From Anaerolineae bacterium (lineage in GTDB: Bacteria > Chloroflexota > Anaerolineae > Aggregatilineales > JAFGMM01), in assembly GCA_016927535.1 (NCBI GenBank), contig JAFGMM010000418.1:1-10490 (forward strand): 10,490 bases of DNA, read 5' to 3'. A program made the translations under genes and the position numbers. The notes beneath the pieces are model-generated. The model was not told the origin of the DNA and ran no database searches. It was given only the letters and a program-made list of their open reading frames with translations. Within the stretch, counting starts at the first letter, position 1, and the number at the start of each line of letters is the position of its first letter. This document shows, one piece after another, positions 1 to 6,055 of the stretch.

Positions 1-12
1 CTGGGGGTTTCT

Positions 13-39
13 CCCCCTCTCCACATGGTGGAGAGGGGG
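13..39. repeat. GC-rich perfect palindrome/hairpin: 12-bp stem CCCCCTCTCCAC / GTGGAGAGGGGG with 3-nt loop ATG, embedded in a G/C-run context (GGGGG upstream, GGGGGG downstream)
   Basis: Read directly: positions 13-24 are the exact reverse complement of 28-39. No T-tract follows on either strand, so it is not a canonical intrinsic terminator. The motif CCCCTCTCC recurs at 10443-10466. Confidence 0.6.
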
Positions 40-91
40 CTGGGGGGTGAGGTGAGTCTAAAACATTTTCTGAAGGTCTATAGATAACCTT

Positions 92-1438
92 ATGGCAACA
101 AATGAAACGCGCACCGCGCCTCACAGCGTCGAGGCCGAAGAAGCCGTCCTCGGCTCGATCTTGATTAATCCTGAAACCTTGCTGGATGTTAACTCGGTCC
201 TCAGCGCCGACGACTTCTTCATCATCCGGCACCGCTGGATATGGGAGGCCATCCAGCGCCTTCACCTGCGCCGCGAGGCCATCGATTACCTGACCGTGGT
301 GCGTGAGCTGGACGCGCACCATAAGCTCGAGGATGTGGGCGGGCCGGCCTACCTCACCTATCTGATTAACAACACGCCCACCTCCATCCATGCCGAGACT
401 TACGCGCGCACGGTGGTTCGTATCGCCACACGCCGCCGTCTGCTCGCCGCCGCCGGCGAAATCGCCGAACTGGCCTACGAGGAAGAGACCGAGATCGAGG
501 AGGTGATCGACAGCGCCGAGAGCGCCCTGCTCACCGCCACCGAGCGTCACATCTCGCGCGAACTCACGCCCATTGATGAGGTCATCAGCAACTACTACGA
601 CCGCGTCGAATACCTCTATACCCACCAGGACGAAACGCACGGCGTCCCGACCGGCTTTACCGACCTGGACAGGATGCTCGGCGGCATGCAGCGCAGCGAT
701 TTGCTCGTCGTCGCGGGGCGGCCCGGCATGGGCAAGAGTAGCTGGCTCATCAGCGCGGCGCTCAACGCGGCGCGCTACGGTTCGCGGGTGGCGGTCTTCA
801 GCCTGGAGATGAGCAACGAGCAGGTGGTGCAGCGCATCATCGCCGCCGAGACCGGGCTGAACTCGCAGCAGCTGCGCCTGGGCCACCTCTCGCCCGACGA
901 TTGGGAGCGCTTCATCCAGGCCGCCGACCGGCTGAGTAAGCTCAATGTGTACCTGGACGATACACCGGCGCTTTCGATCACACAGCTTCGCACCAAGTGC
1001 CGCCGCCAGTGGGCGCAGACCGGCCTCGACCTGGCGATTGTCGATTATTTGCAGCTCATGAACGCCGGGCAGCGGGTCGATAACCGGGTGCAAGAGATCA
1101 GCATGATTACGATGGGGCTGAAGCAGATTGCGCGCGAGATGAACCTCCCGATGCTGGCGGCGGCGCAGCTCTCGCGCGCGGTGGAGCAGCGCCAGGACAA
1201 ACGGCCCCTCCTAAGCGACTTGCGCGAGTCGGGATCCATCGAACAGGACAGCGACGTGGTCATGTTTCTATACCGGGACGAGATGTATAACGACGACACC
1301 GAAAAGCCCAACATCGCCGAGGTCATCGTCGCCAAACATCGCAACGGCCCCACCGGCGCGGTCGAGCTTTTCTTTAAGAAGGAACTGACTCAGTTCACCG
1401 ACCTGTACCGGCGCCAGCGTGACCTGAATGCGCTGTAG
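92..1438 (+). CDS. dnaB: Replicative DNA helicase DnaB
   Basis: 448 aa. N-terminal DnaB motif APHSVEAEEAVLGSILINPE. Walker A GRPGMGKSS, the H3/H4 region LSDLRESGSIEQDSDVVMFLYRDE, and AKHRNGPTG near the C-terminus are all hallmark DnaB-family helicase motifs. Length is typical for DnaB and there is no intein. Stop is TAG at 1436-1438. Confidence 0.95.
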   Translation: MATNETRTAPHSVEAEEAVLGSILINPETLLDVNSVLSADDFFIIRHRWIWEAIQRLHLRREAIDYLTVVRELDAHHKLEDVGGPAYLTYLINNTPTSIHAETYARTVVRIATRRRLLAAAGEIAELAYEEETEIEEVIDSAESALLTATERHISRELTPIDEVISNYYDRVEYLYTHQDETHGVPTGFTDLDRMLGGMQRSDLLVVAGRPGMGKSSWLISAALNAARYGSRVAVFSLEMSNEQVVQRIIAAETGLNSQQLRLGHLSPDDWERFIQAADRLSKLNVYLDDTPALSITQLRTKCRRQWAQTGLDLAIVDYLQLMNAGQRVDNRVQEISMITMGLKQIAREMNLPMLAAAQLSRAVEQRQDKRPLLSDLRESGSIEQDSDVVMFLYRDEMYNDDTEKPNIAEVIVAKHRNGPTGAVELFFKKELTQFTDLYRRQRDLNAL

Positions 1439-1482
1439 GTTGATGAGGCGATAGCGACGAGGATAATAACGACAAGGATGAG

Positions 1483-2187
1483 ATGAAAGGTTTCAGCGGC
1501 TTCCCGGACAAATTCGACCTGGAGCGCGTGCCCGCGCCCTTCTTCAGCGAACTGCTGCCCATCATCGACCACCTGGGCGAGATGAAGGTGACGCTGTACT
1601 GCTTCTGGGCGCTGGCGCGCAAGGCCGGCGAATATCGCTACCTGACGCACGCCGACTTCGCGCACGACCCGGTGTTTATGAGCGGGCTGGGGCCGCACGC
1701 TGGACCGGTGCTCGACGACGCGCTCGAGCGCGCAGTGGCGCGCGGGACGCTGCTGCACGTGCGCATCGAAGAAGACACGGCCGGCGCGCAGGACCTTTAT
1801 TTTTTGAACTCCGGGCGCGGGCGCGCCGCCGTCGATGCGATCCGGGGCGGCCTGTGGCGTCCCACCGAGGACGTGCGCGCGCCGGTCGAGCTGACGCTGA
1901 ACGTGACGCGGCCTAACATCTTTGTCGTGTACGAGCAGAACATCGGCCCGCTCACGCCGCTGATCGCGGACCAACTGCGCGAGATCGAAGCGCAGTACCC
2001 GCAGGCGTGGATCGAGGAAGCGATTGGGCTGGCAGCCGCCAACAACGCCCGGAGCCTGGCATACTTCCGCGCCATCCTGAAGCGCTGGCAAACCGAGGGG
2101 AAAGACCGTGGAAAGCATCAAGGAGACACTCAAGAAGATCGGCGGCGATATTTCGAAGGGGAATACGCCGACGACATCAAGCGCTAG
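1483..2187 (+). CDS. DnaD-like replication initiation / helicase-loading accessory protein (DDBH2 domain)
   Basis: 234 aa. The C-terminal segment NIFVVYEQNIGPLTPLIADQLREIEAQYPQAWIEEAIGLAAANNARSLAYFRAILKRWQTEG carries the YxxxIxxxW signature (YFRAILKRW) of the DnaD / Firmicutes-DnaB / phage replisome-organiser DDBH2 domain. AGGA sits 4 nt upstream of ATG 1483. The gene lies 44 bp downstream of dnaB and overlaps the downstream DnaC-like gene. Confidence 0.7.
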   Translation: MKGFSGFPDKFDLERVPAPFFSELLPIIDHLGEMKVTLYCFWALARKAGEYRYLTHADFAHDPVFMSGLGPHAGPVLDDALERAVARGTLLHVRIEEDTAGAQDLYFLNSGRGRAAVDAIRGGLWRPTEDVRAPVELTLNVTRPNIFVVYEQNIGPLTPLIADQLREIEAQYPQAWIEEAIGLAAANNARSLAYFRAILKRWQTEGKDRGKHQGDTQEDRRRYFEGEYADDIKR

Positions 2188-3535
2188 CGCCGGGCCGGAT
2201 GTGTGCCCGCACTGCGGCGGCATGGGCTTCGTGATGTACGACGTGCCGGTGGGCCACCCCGATTTCGGCAAAGCGTATCCTTGCGCGTGTCAGTTGGAGC
2301 AGCGCGCCCGGAGCCGGACCGACGACCTGCGGCGCATCGGCGGGCTGGATGCGCTGCGCGACAAATCCTTCGACACGTTTCTCGCCGAGCCGGCCGGCAT
2401 CTCGCCCAGCCAGGCGACCAGCCTGCGCATGGCGCTGCGGCGCGCGCGAGACTTCGCCGAAAACCCCCAAGGCTGGCTGCTGCTGCAAGGTACTTACGGC
2501 TGCGGCAAGACACACCTGGCCGCTGCCGTCGCCAACCGGCAGCTCGAGCAGGGGCACTCGGTGCTGTTCGTCAGCGTGCCCGACCTGCTGGATCACCTGC
2601 GCGCCACCTATACCCCCACCTCCGACACCACTTACGACGAGCGCTTCGAGCAAATCCGCACGCACCGCCTGGTCATCCTGGACGACCTGGGCGCCGAAAG
2701 CCCCACACCCTGGGCGCAGGAAAAACTCTACCAGATTTTCAACTACCGCTACACGCGCCACCTGCCCACCGTGATAACCACCAACGCCGACCTCGACCAG
2801 CTTGACCCGCGCATCCGCAGCCGCTTGGTTGACCAGCACCTCACCGCCGGGCGGGTCATCACCGCGCCCGACTACCGGCGCGGCGCGGGCGGCGGGCGCA
2901 GCCATACCGACATCTCGGACCTGCACCTGTATGCTCACATGAAGTTTAGCACCTTCGACCTGCGCCCCAACCTGCCGCGCCCGGAGCGTGAAAACCTGAA
3001 GATGGTCTATGAAACGGCGCTGGCCTATGCCGAAGGGCTGGAGCGTTTCTACAAGCGCTCGCGCGATTACGGCGTGCCGCTCGACGATCTGAAGCCGCCC
3101 GAAAGCCTGAAAAGCTGGCTGGTGTTCACCGGGCTGTACGGCGTGGGCAAGACGCACCTGGCCGCCGCCATCGGCAACCACTTCGAAGCGCCCGACCACC
3201 CGGTGATCTTCGTCACCGTGCCCGACCTGCTGGACCACCTGCGCGCCACCTACGGCCCGGACAGCAGCGTGCGCTACGACAAACGCTTCCAGCAGATACG
3301 GACCGCGCCGCTCCTCATCCTGGACGACCTGGGCACCGAGAGCGCTACTCCCTGGGCGCGCGAGAAACTGCTGCAACTCATCAACTACCGGTACATCGTC
3401 CAGGCGCCGACCGTATTCACCACCTCCACACCGCTGCAAGACCTGGATCAGCGCATTTTGAGCCGGCTCCGTGACAAACGGCGCTGCGAAATCCTGGGGT
3501 TGGATGTGCCGAGCTATCGCGGCGGCGGACATTGA
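2108..3535 (+). CDS. Helicase-loader-like protein: N-terminal Cys4 zinc ribbon plus two tandem DnaC/DnaI/IstB-family AAA+ ATPase modules
   Basis: 475 aa. Zinc ribbon: CPHCGG...x21...CAC. Module 1: FDTF motif, Walker A GTYGCGKTHLAAA, Walker B LVILDDLGAE, sensor-I TTN, RIRSRL. Module 2 repeats all of these: FSTFD, GLYGVGKTHLAAA, LLILDDLGTE, TTS, RILSRL. This architecture is typical of DnaC / DnaI / IS21-IstB ATPases. There is no IstA transposase nearby and the context (dnaB, dnaD-like) points to a helicase loader. Start is GTG at 2108 with a strong SD GAGGGG 7 nt upstream. That frame is closed by TGA at 2078-2080, and an alternative GTG at 2201 has no SD. It overlaps the upstream ORF by 80 nt. 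Confidence 0.8.
   Translation: MESIKETLKKIGGDISKGNTPTTSSASAGPDVCPHCGGMGFVMYDVPVGHPDFGKAYPCACQLEQRARSRTDDLRRIGGLDALRDKSFDTFLAEPAGISPSQATSLRMALRRARDFAENPQGWLLLQGTYGCGKTHLAAAVANRQLEQGHSVLFVSVPDLLDHLRATYTPTSDTTYDERFEQIRTHRLVILDDLGAESPTPWAQEKLYQIFNYRYTRHLPTVITTNADLDQLDPRIRSRLVDQHLTAGRVITAPDYRRGAGGGRSHTDISDLHLYAHMKFSTFDLRPNLPRPERENLKMVYETALAYAEGLERFYKRSRDYGVPLDDLKPPESLKSWLVFTGLYGVGKTHLAAAIGNHFEAPDHPVIFVTVPDLLDHLRATYGPDSSVRYDKRFQQIRTAPLLILDDLGTESATPWAREKLLQLINYRYIVQAPTVFTTSTPLQDLDQRILSRLRDKRRCEILGLDVPSYRGGGH
2576..3252 (+). repeat. Intragenic tandem direct duplication (period 642 bp = 214 codons) of the AAA+ module
   Basis: The 35-mer GTGCCCGACCTGCTGGA(T/C)CACCTGCGCGCCACCTA occurs at 2576-2610 and at 3218-3252 with a single mismatch. 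The flanking ~200 nt (2488-2760 vs 3130-3402) are visibly similar, roughly 80% by eye. The protein copies read VSVPDLLDHLRATYTP vs VTVPDLLDHLRATYGP. Confidence 0.85.
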
Positions 3536-3552
3536 GCACGCCGGTTCGCCGG

Positions 3553-3582
3553 TTCACAAAAAAGGCGGCTGTATGTTATCAT
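3553..3582 (+). promoter_or_regulatory. Candidate sigma70-type promoter for the SPFH gene (and possibly downstream psuK-psuG): TTCACA - 18 bp - TATCAT with upstream TG (extended -10-like TGTTATCAT)
   Basis: Read directly: -35-like TTCACA at 3553-3558, and TGTTATCAT at 3574-3582 matching TGnTATAAT at 8 of 9 positions. It lies in an 80-bp AT-richer gap after the dnaC-like stop. Pattern match only. Promoter consensus may differ in this lineage. Confidence 0.3.
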
Positions 3583-3594
3583 GGTGAAACCATG
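3580..3594. promoter_or_regulatory. 15-bp perfect palindrome CATGGTgaaACCATG overlapping the predicted -10/TSS, about 22 nt upstream of the SPFH start; candidate operator or 5'-UTR hairpin
   Basis: Read directly: CATGGT (3580-3585) is the reverse complement of ACCATG (3589-3594), with a 3-nt spacer. It sits immediately upstream of SD AAGAGG (3602-3607). Confidence 0.35.
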
Positions 3595-3615
3595 AGAAGT
3601 TAAGAGGCGTGTGGG

Positions 3616-5019
3616 ATGTTTGGGCAAATTTGGAAACTGCTCTCGTCGGCGCTGCGGGCCGGGGTTACAGACAAAACCTTTCTGTTCACGTTCGGCATCA
3701 GCGCAGGGCTGGGAGGCGCGGCTCTCCTCATCGTGCTGTTAAACACGATGCTCCCCCTGCCTTTGCCCCTTGTTTTGTTGGTTATGTCCTGTGTTGCTGC
3801 GCCCGTTTTCATCTGCTTGGCCGCCTATCACGGCGTCAAGAGCGCCTCCGGCATCCTGGAGGGCTGGTTCGGCGCCGACGAAGCTGCTGCTTACGACCTG
3901 GTGTTAGGCCATATCTTCGGCGCCGCCAGGCCGAAAGTCAGGGCGGCGAAGGGCAAGCTCAGCACCGTTCCGCCCAATCCTGATGAGCCGGCGCTCAGCC
4001 TGGACGTCTATTTTAAATTGGTAGATATGGGCATCCCTACCATCCTGCTCCTGGAGGCCGACAGCGCTGCGCTCACCGAGATGCACGGCAGCCCGCACCG
4101 CATCTATCACGAAGCCGGCGCGCACGAACTGGCGCCTTTCGAGCGAATCCGCGAGGTCTTCGACCTGCGCAACCGCAGGGCTGCGCTTAAGGAGGTCAGC
4201 GCTTTTACCATCGACAGCATTAAACTCGTCATCCGGGGCGAGGTGGAATTCAAGATCAACTGGCTGGCCCGGGAAATGTCGATCCAGAACCCGTACCCTG
4301 TAGACCCCGACGCGCTGCTCAGGGCGGCGTACAAGCGCCCGGTCGATAAACCGGGCGGTGAACCGAGCAAGCTCGACGATATGGTGTCCGGCATTGTGGC
4401 GAGCGCGGTTCGTGACGTGATCGCCCAGTACCACTTTAGCGAGATTTTCGAGCGTTCGCTGCTAAAAGAGCAGACCGGGCACTCGGAGGAAAAGGAGCGG
4501 AAAGAAGTATCGCTTGAGGAACTGGGGCGACAGGTCGCGGAAGCGGCGATGGCGCGCGCGCAGTCCCAGGGCGTCACGATCAACTTGGTCACACTTGAGC
4601 CTGAAATCCCCAAAGAGGTCGAAGCCCAGGCGCAGGCCATCTTGACGCGCGTCCGCGAGCAACGAGCCGAGATGGCGCGCGGCTTTGACGAGGCCAAGAT
4701 CGTCCGAAACCTCATTACAACCGTGATCCAAACCCTGGAGGAAAGCGGTTACAAAGATCGACCGCTCGACGAGATTGTCCGCATGATTGAGGACACCGTG
4801 TTGCTGAAACGTAACATCGACTTCCTGATCGGCGAGGAAGAGTTTCCTCCTGTCTCTCCGCTCACTTCCGATGATCCAAAAGCCGCCGCTGAGGCGCAGC
4901 GCAAAAAAGAACAGATACAAAGAAAAGCGCGAAGTGCTTGGACAGAACCATCGAGTGACACAGACGTTATCATGGATAAGGTTCTAGCTAGCAAATTCAG
5001 AGGCGCAAGAACAGAATAA
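3616..5019 (+). CDS. SPFH / band-7 (stomatin-prohibitin-flotillin-HflK/C family, flotillin-like) membrane protein with two N-terminal TM helices
   Basis: 467 aa. Two hydrophobic helices: GISAGLGGAALLIVLLNTML and LVLLVMSCVAAPVFICLAAY. SPFH-like blocks: VDPDALLRAAYKRP (the V.DP..A.Y motif), VASAVRDVIAQYHFSEIFE, and QGVTINLVTLEPEIPKEVEAQAQAILTRVREQRAEMARG (the G(I/V).V..V.I.d..(P)..V..A...(Q) AEREkrA pattern). A Glu/Ala/Lys-rich coiled-coil tail follows. ATG at 3616 is preceded by AAGAGG at 8 nt. Confidence 0.55.
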   Translation: MFGQIWKLLSSALRAGVTDKTFLFTFGISAGLGGAALLIVLLNTMLPLPLPLVLLVMSCVAAPVFICLAAYHGVKSASGILEGWFGADEAAAYDLVLGHIFGAARPKVRAAKGKLSTVPPNPDEPALSLDVYFKLVDMGIPTILLLEADSAALTEMHGSPHRIYHEAGAHELAPFERIREVFDLRNRRAALKEVSAFTIDSIKLVIRGEVEFKINWLAREMSIQNPYPVDPDALLRAAYKRPVDKPGGEPSKLDDMVSGIVASAVRDVIAQYHFSEIFERSLLKEQTGHSEEKERKEVSLEELGRQVAEAAMARAQSQGVTINLVTLEPEIPKEVEAQAQAILTRVREQRAEMARGFDEAKIVRNLITTVIQTLEESGYKDRPLDEIVRMIEDTVLLKRNIDFLIGEEEFPPVSPLTSDDPKAAAEAQRKKEQIQRKARSAWTEPSSDTDVIMDKVLASKFRGARTE

Positions 5020-5068
5020 GGCTAATTCCACAGCCGGCTAATAGGGAACACACAGGAGAAGGCGACTC

Positions 5069-6004
5069 GTGCAAGAAGACGGTCATGTGTTAGTGGTTGG
5101 GGCTGCCGGGATCGACATTAAGGTCACGCCCGAAGCCGATCACCTGGCGGCGGAAACCTCCACCCCCGGCCACATCCGCAACAGCGTCGGCGGCGTGGCG
5201 CGCAACATCGCCGAGAACCTGGCCCGGCTCGAAACCCCAACCGTTCTCCTCAGCGCCGTGGGCGACGACCCGCCGGGCCGCCTGGTGTTGAACCAGACCG
5301 AAGCAAGCGGTGTGGACATTTCCAACGTTCTTGTCGCGCCGCGCGCGCGCACCGGTACCTGGATGGGTCTGATGCACCGCAACGGGCAGCTTCGTATGGC
5401 CGTCGATGACTATTCGGTGATGAAGCGCCTGACGCCGCGCTACCTCTACGACCGGCGCCGGCTCTTCGCCGAGGCGAGCATGGTCGTGATCGACGCCAAC
5501 CTGGAGGAGAAGGCTCTGGAGTCGGTGTTCAAGCTGGCGACGCGCTATGATCTGCGCGTGTGCGCCGACCCGACCTCGGCGAGCCTGACCGGGCGGCTGT
5601 GCGGGTTAATCGACCAGATATACATGATTACACCCAACATCCGCGAGGCTACTGCGCTGTGCGGCGTCGAGGTGAAAGCCCATAACCGCGACACCGCTAT
5701 GCAAGCGGCGCGCCAACTGGTCATGCTGGGCGCGCAAATTGCCGTGGTCACGATGGGCGCGGCGGGGCTGGTCTACGCCACCGTCGATAGCAGCGGGTAC
5801 ATCCCGGCGCTGGGCGTCGAAGTTGTGGACTCGACCGGCGCCGGCGATGCGTTCTCGGCCGGCGCGATCTTCGGTATACTCAACGACATTCCGATAGACG
5901 AAGCGATGCGCCTGGGCGTTTCGGCGGCGGCGCTGACGCTGCAAACGCCGGATACCGTGGTATCTAACCTGAGCCTGGAACTGCTGTACGACCAGTTGGT
6001 GTAA
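5069..6004 (+). CDS. psuK: PfkB-family carbohydrate/nucleoside kinase, most likely pseudouridine kinase
   Basis: 311 aa. PfkB signature 1 is GGVARNIAENL (GG.A.N.A). Signature 2 is DSTGAGDAFSAGAIFG (the DTxGAGD anion-hole / catalytic Asp). The pseudouridine-kinase assignment rests on position: it is immediately upstream and co-directional with psuG, the conserved yeiC-yeiN arrangement. GTG start at 5069 has GGAGAAGG upstream. Confidence 0.75.
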   Translation: MQEDGHVLVVGAAGIDIKVTPEADHLAAETSTPGHIRNSVGGVARNIAENLARLETPTVLLSAVGDDPPGRLVLNQTEASGVDISNVLVAPRARTGTWMGLMHRNGQLRMAVDDYSVMKRLTPRYLYDRRRLFAEASMVVIDANLEEKALESVFKLATRYDLRVCADPTSASLTGRLCGLIDQIYMITPNIREATALCGVEVKAHNRDTAMQAARQLVMLGAQIAVVTMGAAGLVYATVDSSGYIPALGVEVVDSTGAGDAFSAGAIFGILNDIPIDEAMRLGVSAAALTLQTPDTVVSNLSLELLYDQLV

Positions 6005-6019
6005 AGTAAGATTAACCTC

Positions 6020-6037
6020 GAATAAGGCGAATAAGGC
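6020..6037. repeat. Perfect 9-bp tandem repeat GAATAAGGC x2 (then partial GAAT) in the psuK-psuG intergenic spacer
   Basis: Read directly at 6020-6028 and 6029-6037. Probably trivial slippage or a UTR element. No inferred function. Confidence 0.5.
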
Positions 6038-6055
6038 GAATCAAGAATAGCACAA

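Noticed and set aside
13-39. 5' edge palindrome as a rho-independent terminator of an upstream gene
   Set aside because: Very stable stem, but no T-rich tract on either strand. Better explained as a REP-like repeat.
1390-2271. Long minus-strand ORF (293 aa) antisense to the DnaD-like gene
   Set aside because: It is a typical high-GC shadow ORF. The translation is Arg/Pro/Gly-rich with no recognisable motifs, while the sense frame has clear DnaD motifs.
2177-3532. 451-aa minus-strand ORF and the + strand alternative-frame ORFs (2203-2805, 2349-2774) overlapping the loader gene
   Set aside because: The translations are low-complexity Arg/Ala/Pro/Gly-rich, whereas the 2108-3535 frame carries unmistakable paired Walker A/B motifs. 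GC-driven open frames.
2108-3535. Possibility that the tandem AAA+ protein is an IS21 IstB transposition helper (mobile element)
   Set aside because: No IstA transposase ORF and no terminal inverted repeats adjacent. The N-terminal zinc ribbon and the neighbours (dnaB, DnaD-like) fit a DnaC/DnaI-type helicase loader better.
1483-3535. Programmed +1 frameshift fusing the DnaD-like and DnaC-like ORFs
   Set aside because: There is no slippery heptamer at the overlap, and a good SD + GTG start exists for the downstream ORF. The two are separate proteins in known systems.
3538-3566. GCCGGTTC tandem 8-mer forming a CCGG-UUCG-CCGG tetraloop hairpin followed by an A6 run, considered as a terminator of the dnaC-like gene
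   Set aside because: The stem is only 4-5 bp and is followed by A-tract rather than U-tract on the + strand. On the minus strand the T-tract precedes the hairpin. Not a credible intrinsic terminator. Kept only as a tandem-repeat note.
3904-4920. Three overlapping minus-strand ORFs (176, 202, 152 aa) inside the SPFH gene
   Set aside because: They are antisense shadows. Ser/Arg-rich junk translations, with no SD and no motifs.
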